Made by a program: the position numbers and the translations under genes. A stretch of 64,000 nucleotides of DNA from Macrostomum lignano (Eukaryota). Each line of letters opens with the position of its first letter. The stretch's first letter is position 1. The notes under the pieces were generated by a model. That model ran no database searches, had not been told where the DNA came from, and saw nothing but the letters and a program-made list of their open reading frames with translations. Of the stretch, positions 1 through 13,488 are shown in pieces. The DNA lies in contig NIVC01000714.1 of assembly GCA_002269645.1 (NCBI GenBank), positions 372,001-436,000 on the forward strand, written 5' to 3'.

Positions 1-36
1 ACTAATAGACTATCACTCCCTAAAAACTGAATGCAG

Positions 37-502
37 GTGCTAAGCCAGCCCGATCTCAGCAACCAGCTGGTAGATCTCATAGAGAGCAAGTTCCATCTCA
101 GCCGGGCAAAGTCTGTCGCAGTGATCCAGGAGCTCCGCATGTGCTTCCTTGGCCCCGGCAGGTTGCTTATCTTCGTGTTCCGGCCGGGCGAAGGCGTCTT
201 CAAAGATCTGGATGACGCGATTCTCACCTCTCTGTTGACTTCGCAGCGTCTTTCGCGTGCCAGTCAGCTGAAGCTGACCATGGCCTGGGACCGAATGGAC
301 CTGGCCCGTTCGCACCTGTTTCAGTACGGCCAAGATTGGAAACCTGCGGATCTGGACAGGGCCATGATGGAGGCGCTGATGAATGATCGAATCGATTTTA
401 TTCGCCTGTTCCTCGAATGGGGCGTCAATGTGCAGCGGTTTCTAACTCGGATCAGGCTTGAAGAGCTGTATTCGTTCTGCTTGTACAGCGACGAGTCTAA
501 GA
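37..502 (+). CDS. TRPM: TRPM-family cation channel, first exon visible in window (MHR3 region); gene starts upstream of the window
   Basis: ORF 31..540 has TRPM motifs (QLKLTMAWDRMDLAR; MMEALMNDRIDFIRLFLEWGVNVQRFLT..LEELY). Acceptor atgcag| at 36/37, donor |gtgagc at 503; phase 1 matches the next exon. Confidence 0.9.
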
Positions 503-564
503 GTGAGCGTGGGCATGACCCTTATTTGAAGCTTTTATAAAGTAATGCCCTCGATTGTCCTTTG

Positions 565-3500
565 TGAGGCCATGACCCTAATTTGGTGTCATTATGAGGC
601 CATGACCCTAATTTGGTGTCATTATGAGGCCATGACCCTAATTTGGTGTCATTATGAGGCCATGACCCTAATTTAAGGTGTTCTTATGAGACCATGACCC
701 TAATTTGGTGTCATTATGAGGTCATGACCCTAATTTGGTGTTCTTATGAGACCATGACCCTAATTTGGTGTTATTATGAGGCCATGACCCTAATTTGGTG
801 TCATTATGAATCCATGACCCTAATTTGGTGTCATTATGAGTCCCTAATTTGGTGTTTTTATGAGACCATGACCCTAGTATGGTGTTATTATGAGGTCATG
901 ACCCTAATTTGGTGTTCTTATGAGACCATGACCCTAATTTGGTGTTATTATGAGGCCATGACCCTAATTTGGTGTCATTATGAATCCATGACCCTAATTT
1001 GGTGTCATTATGAGTCCCTAATTTGGTGTTTTTATGAGACCATGACCCTAATTTGGTGTTATTATGAGGCCACGACCCTAATTTGGTGTCATTATGAATC
1101 CATGATCCTAATTTGGTATCATTATGAGTCCCTAATTTGGTGTTCTTATGAGGCCATGACCCTAGTATGGTGTTATTATGAGGTCATGACCCTAGTTTGG
1201 TGTTATTATGAGACCATGACCCTAATTTGGTGTCATGAGGTCATGACCCTAATTTGGTGTTATTATGAGGCCATGACCCTAGTTTGGTGTTATTATGAGG
1301 CCATGACCCTAATTTGGTGTTATTATGAGGCCATGACCCTAGTATGGTGTTATTATGAGACCATGACCCTAGTATGGTGGTATTATGAGACCATGACCCT
1401 ACCCTAGTATGGTGGTATTATGAGACCATGACCCTAGTATGGTGTTATTATGAGACCATGACCCTAGTATGGTGCTATTATGAGGCCATGACCCTAATTT
1501 GGTGTTATTATGAGACCATGACCCTAATTTGGTGTCATTATAAATCCATGATCCTAATTTGGTGTCATTATGAGTCCCTAATTTGGTGTTCTTATGAGAC
1601 CATGACCCTAGTATGGTGTTATTATGAGATCATGACCCTAATTTGGTGTTATTATGAGGCCATGACCCTAGTTTGGTGTCATTATGAGGCCATGACCCTA
1701 GTTTGGTGTCATTATGAGGCCATGACCCTAATTTGGTGTCATTATGAGACCATGACCCTAGTATGGTGGTATTATGAGATCATGACCCTAGTATGGTGTT
1801 ATTTTGAGACCATGACCCTAGTTTGGTGTCATTATGAGGCCATGACCCTAGTTTGGTGTCATTATGAGGCCATGACCCTAGTTTGGTGTCATTATGAGAC
1901 CATGACCCTAGTATGGTGGTATTATGAGATCATGACCCTAGTATGGTGTTATTTTGAGACCATGACCCTAGTATGGTGCTATTATGAGGCCATGACCCTA
2001 GTATGGTGTTATTATGAGGCCATGACCCTAGTTTGGTGTCATTATGAGGCCATGACCCTAGTATGGTGTCATTATGAGGCCATGACCCTAGTTTGGTGTC
2101 ATTATGAATCCATGATCCTAATTTGGTGTCATTATGAGTCCCTAATTTGGTGTTCTTATGAGACCATGACCCTAGTATGGTGTTATTATGAGATCATGAC
2201 CCTAGTATGGTGTTATTATGAGGCCATGACCCTAGTTTGGTGTCATTATGAGGCCATGACCCTAGTTTGGTGTCATTATGAGGCCATGACCCTAGTTTGG
2301 TGTCATTATGAGGCCATGACCCTAGTATGGTGTTATTATGAGACCATGACCCTAGTATGGTGTTATTATGAGACCATGACCCTAGTATGGTGCTATTATG
2401 AGGCCATGACCCTAGTTTGGTGTTATTATGAGGCCATGACCCTAGTTTGGTGTCATTATGAGGCCATGACCCTAGTTTGGTGTCATTATGAGGCCATGAC
2501 CCTAGTTTGGTGTCATTATGAATCCATGATCCTTATTTGGTGTCATTATGAGTCCCTAATTTGGTGTTCTTATGAGACCATGACCCTAGTATGGTGTTAT
2601 TATGAGATCATGACCCTAATTTGGTGTTATTATGACGCCATGACCCTAGTTTGGTGTCATTATGAGGCCATGACCCTAGTTTGGTGTCATTATGAGGCCA
2701 TGACCCTAGTTTGGTGTCATTATGAGGCCATGACCCTAGTATGGTGTTATTATGAGAACATGACCCTAGTATGGTGGTATTATGAGACCATGACCCTAGT
2801 ATGGTGTTATTATGAGACCATGACCCTAGTATGGTGCTATTATGAGGCCATGACCCTAGTTTGGTGTTATTATGAGGCCATGACCCTAGTTTGGTGTCAT
2901 TATGAGGCCATGACCCTAGTTTGGTGTCATTATGAGGCCATGACCCTAATTTGGTGTTATTATGAGGCCATGACCCTAATTTGGTGTCATTATGAATCCA
3001 TGATCCTAATTTGGTATCATTATGAGTCCCTAATTTGGTGTTCGTATGAGGCCATGACCCTAGTATGGTGTTATTATGAGGTCATGACCATAGTTTGGTG
3101 TTATTATGAGACCATGACCCTAATTTGGTGTCATGAGGTCATGACCCTAATTTGGTGTTATTATGAGGTCATGACCCTATTTTGGTGTTATTCTGAGGCC
3201 ATGACCCTAATTTGGTGTTATTATGAGGCCATGACCCTAATTTGGTGTTATTATGAGGCCATGACCCTAGTTTGGTGTCATTATGAGGCCATGACCCTAG
3301 TTTGGTGTCATTATGAGGCCATGACCCTAGTATGGTGTTATTATGAGACCATGACCCTAGTATGGTGGTATTATGAGACCATGACCCTACCCTAGTATGG
3401 TGGTATTATGAGACCATGACCCTAGTATGGTGTTATTATGAGAGCATGACCCTAGTATGGTGCTATTATGAGGCCATGACCCTAATTTGGTGTTATTATG

Positions 3501-6500
3501 AGACCATGACCCTAATTTGGTGTTATTATGATGCCATGACCCTAATTTGGTGTCATTATGAATCCATGACCCTAATTTGGTGTCATTATGAGTCCCTAAT
3601 TTGGGGTTTTTATGAGACCATGACCCTAATTTGGTGTTATTATGAGGCCACGACCCTAATTTGGTGTCATTATGAATCCATGATCCTAATTTGGTATCAT
3701 TATGAGTCCCTAATTTGGTGTTCTTATGAGGCCATGACCCTAGTATGGTGTTATTATGAGGTCATGACCCTAGTTTGGTGTTATTATGAGACCATGACCC
3801 TAATTTGGTGTCATGAGGTCATGACCCTAATTTGGTGTTATTATGAGGCCATGACCCTAGTTTGGTGTTATTATGAGGCCATGACCCTAATTTGGTGTTA
3901 TTATGAGGCCATGACCCTAGTATGGTGTTATTATGAGACCATGACCCTAGTATGGTGGTATTATGAGACCATGACCCTACCCTAGTATGGTGGTATTATG
4001 AGACCATGACCCTAGTATGGTGTTATTATGAGACCATGACCCTAGTATGGTGCTATTATGAGGCCATGACCCTAATTTGGTGTTATTATGAGACCATGAC
4101 CCTAATTTGGTGTCATTATGAGGTCATGACCCTAATTTGGTGTTCTTATGAGACCATGACCCTAATTTGGTGTTATTATGAGGCCATGACCCTAATTTGG
4201 TGTCATTATGAATCCATGACCCTAATTTGGTGTCATTATGAGTCCCTAATTTGGTGTTTTTATGAGACCATGACCCTAATTTGGTGTTATTTTGAGGCCA
4301 CGACCCTAATTTGGTGTCATTATGAATCCATGATCCTAATTTGGTATCATTATGAGTCCCTAATTTGGTGTTCTTATGAGGCCATGACCCTAGTATGGTG
4401 TTATTATGAGGTAATGACCCTAGTTTGGTGTTATTATGAGACCATGACCCTAATTTGGTGTCATGAGGTCATGACCCTAATTTGGTGTTATTATGAGGCC
4501 ATGACCCTAGTTTGGTGTTATTATGAGGCCATGACCCTAATTTGGTGTTATTATGAGGCCATGACCCTAGTATGGTGTTATTATGAGACCATGACCCTAG
4601 TATGGTGGTATTATGAGACCATGACCCTACCCTAGTATGGTGGTATTATGAGACCATGACCCTAGTATGGTGTTATTATGAGACCATGACCCTAGTATGG
4701 TGCTATTATGAGGCCATGACCCTAATTTGGTGTTATTATGAGACCATGACCCTAATTTGGTGTCATGAGGTCATGACCCTAATTTGGTGTTTTTATGAGG
4801 CCATGACCCTAGTTTGGTGTCATTATAAATCCATGATCCTAATTTGGTGTCATTATGAGTCCCTAATTTGGTGTTCTTATGAGACCATGACCCTAGTATG
4901 GTGTTATTATGAGATCATGACCCTAATTTGGTGTTATTATGAGGCCATGACCCTAGTTTGGTGTCATTATGAGGCCATGACCCTAGTTTGGTGTCATTAT
5001 GAGGCCATGACCCTAGTTTGGTGTCATTATGAGACCATGACCCTAGTATGGTGGTATTATGAGATCATGACCCTAGTATGGTGTTATTTTGAGACCATGA
5101 CCCTAGTTTGGTGTCATTATGAGGCCATGACCCTAGTTTGGTGTCATTATGAGGCCATGACCCTAGTTTGGTGTCATTATGAGACCATGACCCTAGTATG
5201 GTGGTATTATGAGATCATGACCCTAGTATGGTGTTATTTTGAGACCATGACCCTAGTATGGTGCTATTATGAGGCCATGACCCTAGTATGGTGTTATTAT
5301 GAGGCCATGACCCTAGTTTGGTGTCATTATGAGGCCATGACCCTAGTTTGGTGTCATTATGAGGCCATGACCCTAGTTTGGTGTTATTCTGAGGCCATGA
5401 CCCTAATTTGGTGTTATTATGAGGCCATGACCCTAATTTGGTGTTATTATGAGGCCATGACCCTAGTTTGGTGTCATTATGAGGCCATGACCCTAGTTTG
5501 GTGTCATTATGAGGCCATGACCCTAGTATGGTGTTATTATGAGACCATGACCCTAGTATGGTGGTATTATGAGACCGTGACCCTACCCTAGTATGGTGGT
5601 ATTATGAGACCATGACCCTAGTATGGTGTTATTATGAGACCATGACCCTAGTATGGTGCTATTATGAGGCCATGACCCTAATTTGGTGTTATTATGAGAC
5701 CATGACCCTAATTTGGTGTCATGAGGTCATGACCCTAATTTGGTGTTTTTATGAGGCCATGACCCTAGTTTGGTGTCATTATAAATCCATGATCCTAATT
5801 TGGTGTCATTATGAGTCCCTAATTTGGTGTTCTTATGAGACCATGACCCTAGTATGGTGTTATTATGAGATCATGACCCTAATTTGGTGTTATTATGAGG
5901 CCATGACCCTAGTTTGGTGTCATTATGAGGCCATGACCCTAGTTTGGTGTCATTATGAGGCCATGACCCTAGTTTGGTGTCATTATGAGACCATGACCCT
6001 AGTATGGTGCTATTATGAGGCCATGACCCTAATTTGGTGTTATTATGAGACCATGACCCTAATTTGGTGTCATGAGGTCATGACCCTAATTTGGTGTTTT
6101 TATGAGGCCATGACCCTAGTTTGGTGTCATTATAAATCCATGATCCTAATTTGGTGTCATTATGAGTCCCTAATTTGGTGTTCTTATGAGACCATGACCC
6201 TAGTATGGTGTTATTATGAGATCATGACCCTAATTTGGTGTTATTATGAGGCCATGACCCTAGTTTGGTGTCATTATGAGGCCATGACCCTAGTTTGGTG
6301 TCATTATGAGGCCATGACCCTAGTTTGGTGTCATTATGAGACCATGACCCTAGTATGGTGGTATTATGAGATCATGACCCTAGTATGGTGTTATTTTGAG
6401 ACCATGACCCTAGTTTGGTGTCATTATGAGGCCATGACCCTAGTTTGGTGTCATTATGAGGCCATGACCCTAGTTTGGTGTCATTATGAGACCATGACCC

Positions 6501-8373
6501 TAGTATGGTGGTATTATGAGATCATGACCCTAGTATGGTGTTATTTTGAGACCATGACCCTAGTATGGTGCTATTATGAGGCCATGACCCTAGTATGGTG
6601 TTATTATGAGGCCATGACCCTAGTTTGGTGTCATTATGAGGCCATGACCCTAGTTTGGTGTCATTATGAGGCCATGACCCTAGTTTGGTGTTATTCTGAG
6701 GCCATGACCCTAATTTGGTGTTATTATGAGGCCATGACCCTAATTTGGTGTTATTATGAGGCCATGACCCTAGTTTGGTGTCATTATGAGGCCATGACCC
6801 TAGTTTGGTGTCATTATGAGGCCATGACCCTAGTATGGTGTTATTATGAGACCATGACCCTAGTATGGTGGTATTATGAGACCATGACCCTACCCTAGTA
6901 TGGTAGTATTATGAGACCATGACCCTAGTATGGTGTTATTATGAGACCATGACCCTAGTATGGTGCTATTATGAGGCCATGACCCTAATTTGGTGTTATT
7001 ATGAGACCATGACCCTAATTTGGTGTCATTATGAGGTCATGACCCTAATTTGGTGTTCTTATGAGACCATGACCCTAATTTGGTGTTATTATGAGGCCAT
7101 GACCCTAATTTGGTGTCATTATGAATCCATGACCCTAATTTGGTGTCATTATGAGTCCCTAATTTGGTGTTTTTATGAGACCATGACCCTAATTTGGTGT
7201 TATTATGAGGCCACGACCCTAATTTGGTGTCATTATGAATCCATGATCCTAATTTGGTATCATTATGAGTCCCTAATTTGGTGTTCTTATGAGGCCATGA
7301 CCCTAGTATGGTGTTATTATGAGGTAATGACCCTAGTTTGGTGTTATTATGAGACCATGACCCTAATTTGGTGTCATGAGGTCATGACCCTAATTTGGTG
7401 TTATTATGAGGCCATGACCCTAGTTTGGTGTTATTATGAGGCCATGACCCTAATTTGGTGTTATTATGAGGCCATGACCCTAGTATGGTGTTATTATGAG
7501 ACCATGACCCTAGTATGGTGGTATTATGAGACCATGACCCTACCCTAGTATGGTGGTATTATGAGACCATGACCCTAGTATGGTGTTATTATGAGACCAT
7601 GACCCTAGTATGGTGCTATTATGAGGCCATGACCCTAATTTGGTGTTATTATGAGACCATGACCCTAATTTGGTGTCATGAGGTCATGACCCTAATTTGG
7701 TGTTTTTATGAGGCCATGACCCTAGTTTGGTGTCATTATAAATCCATGATCCTAATTTGGTGTCATTATGAGTCCCTAATTTGGTGTTCTTATGAGACCA
7801 TGACCCTAGTATGGTGTTATTATGAGATCATGACCCTAATTTGGTGTTATTATGAGGCCATGACCCTAGTTTGGTGTCATTATGAGGCCATGACCCTAGT
7901 TTGGTGTCATTATGAGGCCATGACCCTAGTTTGGTGTCATTATGAGACCATGACCCTAGTATGGTGGTATTATGAGATCATGACCCTAGTATGGTGTTAT
8001 TTTGAGACCATGACCCTAGTTTGGTGTCATTATGAGGCCATGACCCTAGTATGGTGTTATTATGAGGTCATGACCATAGTTTGGTGTTATTATGAGACCA
8101 TGACCCTAATTTGGTGTCATGAGGTCATGACCCTAATTTGGTGTTATTATGAGGCCATGACCCTAGTTTGGTGTTATTATGAGGCCATGACCCTAGTTTG
8201 GTGTCAATTTGAGGCCATGACCCTAGTTTGGTGTCATTATGAGGCCATGACCCTAATTTGGTGTCATTATGAGGCCATGACCCTTGTTTGGTGTCATTAT
8301 GAGGCCATGACCCTAGTTTGGTGTCATTATGAGGCCATGACCCTAGTTTGGTGTTATTATGAGGTCATGACCC
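565..8373. repeat. 30-bp minisatellite (GAGGCCATGACCCTAATTTGGTGTCATTAT), about 260 copies, with higher-order blocks; TRPM intron
   Basis: Directly visible; explains the MTLIWCYYEA-type ORFs. Confidence 0.98.
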
Positions 8374-8588
8374 AACGTCGTGCTTTTCTTTGAGTCGTAA
8401 CCCGATTCCCGAATGTGCTGTTTTTTCTTGGGGTGGTGCGTTTTCTTGGGAAACACAGACCCGATTCACCCCGATAGGTCATGACCCGATTGAACTGCCT
8501 GGAAGTCGCAAATTCATAAATTATAACCAGTCGATGCAGATAAAGCAGTATTAATTACGGATTAATTAATTACACAATAATTGCCCAG

Positions 8589-8789
8589 GCGGTCACGACA
8601 AGCACCTTCGCCGCTTGCTCAAGCGCACCCTGCCCAAGTACTCCGGCAGGCACAAGCACCGACTCTCGCTGTACATTGTTGGCCGCCTGATCCAAGAGCT
8701 CATTGGCGGCGGCTACACGCACGAGTACACTCGGCGATACGCCAGTTCTAAGGCCCCACTGGCGCCCTGGTCCGCCTCCGAGAGCAAGG
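8589..8789 (+). CDS. TRPM: TRPM channel exon (MHR3/4)
   Basis: ttgcccag| acceptor, |gtaaag donor. Encodes VGRLIQELIGGGYTHEYTR, similar to TRPM1/3 IGLVIEYLMGGAYRCNYTR. Phases 1/1 are consistent. Confidence 0.85.
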
Positions 8790-8904
8790 GTAAAGCGCTC
8801 TGAGTCATCTTTCTTGTGTTCTGGGTGACCTATCGCTACCCTGAGCGACTATTCTCAATACCGAGTATCCCAATCCTTATACTGCCAATCCGAACAGACC
8901 TATA

Positions 8905-9560
8905 TTCCCAATCCGGAGTGACCTATCCCCAATCCGGAGTGACATGTATCCTCAATCTAGAGTGACCTATATTCAAATCCAGAGTGAACTGTATCTCTAA
9001 TCCAGAGTGACCTTTATCCCTAATCCAGAGTGACCTGTATCCCTAATTCAGAGTGACCTGTATCCCTAATCCAGAGTGACCTGTATCCCTAATCCAGAGT
9101 GACCTTTATCCCTAATTCAGAGTGACCTTTATCCCTAATCCAGAGTGACCTGTATCCCTAATCCAGAGTGACCTGTATCCCTAATCCAGAGTGACCTGTA
9201 AGCCTAATCCAGAGTGACCTGTATCCCTAATCCAGAGTGACCTGTATCTCTAATCCAGAGTGACCTGTATCCCTAATCCAGAGTGACCTGTAAGCCTAAT
9301 CCAGAGTGACCTTTATCCCTAATCCAGAGTGACCTTTATCCCTAATCCAGAGTGACCTTTATCCCTAATCCAGAGTGACCTGTATCTCTAATCTAGAGTG
9401 ACCTGTATCTCTAATCCAGAGTGACCTGTATCTCTAATCCAGAGTGACCTGTATCTCTAATCCAGAGTGACCTGTATCCCTAATTCAGAGTGACTTGTAT
9501 CCCAATCTAGAGTGACCTATATCCAATCTAGAGTGACCTGTATTCCAATCCGGAGTGACC
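8905..9560. repeat. 23-bp minisatellite (GTGACCTGTATCCCTAATCCAGA); TRPM intron
   Basis: Directly visible tandem units. Confidence 0.95.
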
Positions 9561-9607
9561 TATATCTCCGTCAATCTCCTCACTTTCATAAAACTAAGCT
9601 GCTCCAG

Positions 9608-10163
9608 ATGTCGCCCTGGGAACAGCCGCCGCCGCCACCCCATCAGCTGCCGCCCCATCAACCGCAGCGGCTACGCCAGCAAACGCCAATGTTTTCTTTA
9701 GCGGCCTCCGCAACGTCCGATCTCGACTTGGCATCAACCCGGAAGAAGAGCCGCCTTCGCAGCTGAAGCAGAGCGACTTCCGCTTTCCTTACTCGGACCT
9801 CATGACCTGGGCGGTGCTGTGCCGCCGTTACACCCTCGCCTGGTTTTTCCTTCAATGCGGCGAAGACTCCACAGCCAAGGCGCTGTACGCGGCCGCGCTT
9901 CTGCGCGCTATCGCCGCCCGAGTCGACGAGGACGTCCAATCTGAGTATCACCTGGAGCTGGCCGACTGGGCTGACAAATACGAGACCGAAGCCCTGGCCA
10001 TGCTGGACCACTGCCACAGGTTCGATCCCAGGCGAGCCAGGCGCCTCGTCACCTACCGGCTGGCGGAGTTCGGCGGGCACACCTGCATGAGCCTGGCCTA
10101 CACGTCTAGGAGTATGCGCTTTCTCAGCCACGCCTGCCCGCAGGTTATCCTTAATGACCTTTG
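9608..10163 (+). CDS. TRPM: TRPM channel exon (MHR4)
   Basis: gctccag| acceptor, |gtgagc donor. Encodes FRFPYSDLMTWAVL, KALYAAALLRAIA and FGGHTCMSLAY..FLSHACPQVILNDLW. Confidence 0.92.
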
Positions 10164-10169
10164 GTGAGC

Positions 10170-10790
10170 TGCCTGTCTGTGTACCTGCCTATCTACCTGC
10201 CTATCTGCCTGTCTATCTACCTGCCTATCTACCTGCCAATCTACCTGCCTATCTGCCTGCCTATTTACCTGTCTATCTACCTGCCTATCTACTTGCCTAT
10301 CTACCTGCCTATCTACCGTTTCTGTCTATCTACCTGCCTATCTACCTGTCTATCTACCTGCAATCTACCTGCCTATCTGCCTGCCTATTTACCTGTCTAT
10401 CTACCTGCCTATCTACTTGCCTATCTACCTGCCTATCTACCGTTTCTGTCTATCTACCTGCCTATCTACCTGTCTATCTACCTGCAATCTACCTGCCTAT
10501 CTGCCTGCCTATTTACCTGTCTATCTACCTACCTATCTACTTGCCTATCTACCTGCCTATCTACCTGCCTATCTACCGTTTCTGTCTACCTACCTGTCTA
10601 TCTACCTGCTTATCTGCCTGCCTATCTACCTGCCTATCCATCTGTCTATTTACCAGCCTATCTACTTGCCTATCTACCTGTCTATCTATCTGCCTATCTA
10701 CTTGCCTATCTACCTTTGCTTTCCTATCTGCCTGTCTATCTAAGGTGTCTGTCTATCTACCTGCCATTCTATCGACCTATCTCCCTGACT
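10170..10790. repeat. Degenerate 12-bp (CCTATCTACCTG) / 4-bp-based repeat; TRPM intron
   Basis: Directly visible; explains the YLPA-type ORFs. Confidence 0.93.
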
Positions 10791-10827
10791 ACCACATATA
10801 CGCCAGCCTTAATCCCCAACCCATCAG

Positions 10828-11321
10828 GTACGGCGGCATTCGCGAGTCCGGCCAGCTGACGGGCCTTCGCGTGGTCCTCCTGTGCGGCATTCTGGCGGCC
10901 TGCCCGCCGGCCTTCTTCCTGCTGCTCCGCGCCAAATTCCTGTCGTTCAAAAGCCTCGCCGAACTGCGCGACCAGCCGCAGACTCGGGAAGAGTTCGACG
11001 AATTCGCCCAGCAGGAAGGGTCTGACAGCGGCGACGAAGCGTCTGAGGCCGAGCAGGCGGCCCGTACGGCGGCCACCGCTGCCGCAGGGGCCCCGGCGCA
11101 GGCATTCGTCGAGCCGGAATCGTTGCGCAATCTGATGCGCTCGATGCCTGCGGATTCGCTGGGCGACAAGCTGAGGCGAATGGAGTCTCCGGATGTTGAA
11201 GCCGCCGATGCCGATGTCGATGGGGCGAGTAAGAATCCGCGTGCGACTGAGGCGGCCAAGGCGGCGGCTTCGCAGGATGCCAGCCCGGCGCGTCAGGCTC
11301 TGCTGTCGGCTGGTGGCGACT
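10828..11321 (+). CDS. TRPM: TRPM channel exon (pre-S1 and low-complexity linker)
   Basis: ccatcag| acceptor completes W-YGGIR (TRPM W.G.l motif) followed by a hydrophobic pre-S1 segment; |gtaagg donor at 11322. Confidence 0.85.
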
Positions 11322-11389
11322 GTAAGGATTGGAGCGGTGGAAGCATGAGCACAGTTTGGGGGAGAGTGCAGTAGAGCGAGGAAATGGTG

Positions 11390-13345
11390 AAGAAGGGGAT
11401 AGGGAGACAGTGTGAGGGAGTGGTAGGGGAGGTAGAGTGGGAGATGCAGAACGAGAGAGGGGGTGTGGGTGAGAGTGAAATAGAAGAGGGAGAAGGAGAG
11501 TGGAAGAGGGAGAGTGGAAGAGGGAGAGGGAGAGAAGGGGAGTGGAAGAGGGAGAGGGGAAGAAGGAGAGTGGCAGAGGGAGAGGGAGAAAAGGAGAGTG
11601 GAAGAGGGAGAAGGGGAGTGGAAGAGGGAGAGAGGGAGAAGGAGAGAGGAAGAGGGAGAGGGGAGAAGGAGAGTGGAAGAGGGAGAGGGGGAGAAGGAGA
11701 GTGGAAGAGGAAAGAGGGAGGAAGGAGAGTGGCAGAGGGAGAGTGGAAGAGGGAGAGGGGAGAAGGAGAGTGGAAGAGGGAGAGGGGAAGAAGGAGAGTG
11801 GAAGAGCGAGAAGGGAGTGGAAGAGGGAGAGGGGAAGAAGGGGAGTGGAAGAGGAAAGAGGGGGGAAGGAGAGTGGAAGAGGAAAGAGGGGGAAGGAGAG
11901 TGGCAGAGGGAGAGTGGAGGAGGGAGAGGGGGAGAAGGAGAGTGGAAGAGGGAGAAGGGGAGTGGAAGAGGGAGAGGGGGAGAAGGAGAGAGGAAGAGGG
12001 AGAGGGGAGAAGGAGAGAGGAAGAGGGAGAGGGGGAGAAGGAGAGAGGAAGAGGGAGAGGGGGAGAAGGAGAGTGGAAGAGGGAGAAGGGGAGTGGAAGA
12101 GGGAGAGGGGGAGAAGGAGAGAGGAAGAGGGAGAGGGGGAGAAGGAGAGAGGAAGAGGGAGAGGGGGAGAAGGAGAGAGGAAGAGGGAGAGGGGGAGAAG
12201 GAGAGAGGAAGAGGGAGAGGGGAGAAGGAGAGTGGAAGAGGGAGAAGGGGAGAAGGAGAGAGGAAGAGGGAGAGGGGGAGAAGGAGAGAGGAAGAGGGAG
12301 AGGGGAGAAAGAGAGTGGCAGAGGGAGAGTGGAAGAGGGAGAGGGGAGAAGGAGAGTGGAAGAGGAAAGAGGGAGGAAGGAGAGTGGCAGAGGGAGAGTG
12401 GAAGAGGGAGAGGGGGAGAAGGAGAGTGGAAGAGGGAGAAGGGAGTGGAAGAGGGAGAGGGGAAGAAGGGGAGTGGAAGAGGAAAGAGGGGGGAAGGAGA
12501 GTGGCAGAGGGAGAGGGGAGTGGAAGAGGGAGAGGGGGAGAAGGAGAGTGGAAGAGGAAAGAGGGGGAAGGAGAGTGGCAGAGGGAGAGGGGGAAGGAGA
12601 GGGAAGAGGGAGAGGGAGAAGGAGAGGGAAGAGGGAGAAGGGGAGGGAAGAGGAGAGGGGAGAAGGAGAGGAAGAGGGAGAGAGGGAGAAGGAGAGAGGA
12701 AGAGGGAGAGGGGGAGAAGGAGAGAGGAAGAGGAGAGGGGAAGGAGAGTGGAAGAGGGAGAGGGGAGAAGGAGAGAGGAAGAGGGAGAGGGGAGAAGGAG
12801 AGAGGAAGAGGGAGAGGGGAGAAGGAGAGAGGAAGAGGGAGAGGGGAGAAAGAGAGTGGAAGAGGAGAGGGGAGAAGGAGAGAGGAAGAGGGAGAGGGGA
12901 GAAGGAGAGAGGAAGAGGGAGAGGGGAGAAGGAGAGAGGAAGAGGGAGAGGGGGAGAAGGAGAGAGGAAGAGGGAGAGGGGAGAAGGAGAGAGGAAGAGG
13001 GAGAGGGGGAGAAGGAGAGAGGAAGAGGGAGAGGGGAGAAGAGAGAGGAAGAGGGAGAGGGGAGAAGGAGAGAGGAAGAGGGAGAGGGGAGAAGGAGAGA
13101 GGAAGAGGGAGAGGGGAGAAGAGAGAGGAAGAGGGAGAGGGGAGAAGGAGAGAGGAAGAGGGAGAGGGGAGAAGGAGAGAGGAGAGGGAGAGGGGAGAAG
13201 GAGAGAGGAAGAGGGAGAGAAGAGAAAGAGAGTGGAAGAGAGAGAGGGGGAGAAGGAGAGTACAAGAGGGAGAGAGTGGGTGAGGGAGAATAGGAGAGAG
13301 GGAGCGAGAGAGTGGCTGAGATTGGGAGTGGGAAAATGAGTGTGA
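11390..13345. repeat. Polypurine (GA-rich) degenerate repeat, about 27-bp units; TRPM intron
   Basis: Almost only G/A on the + strand for about 1.9 kb. Confidence 0.95.
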
Positions 13346-13488
13346 GTAAGGAGAAGGGAACTGGGGAGGTTGTTAGCACTAAGCAGGGACAATGTGAGAC
13401 AGAGCACGTTTGCAGAGAGTCGGATTAGAAATCGTGAACTTACATGTAAATCGGACAGTACACAGACTGCGTCATCTCTTTCCTCCAG

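Noticed and set aside
694-8393. Long MTLIWCYYEA-repeat ORFs (up to 655 aa)
   Set aside because: Translations of a 30-bp intronic minisatellite; interrupted by recurrent frameshift units and spliced out of the TRPM model.
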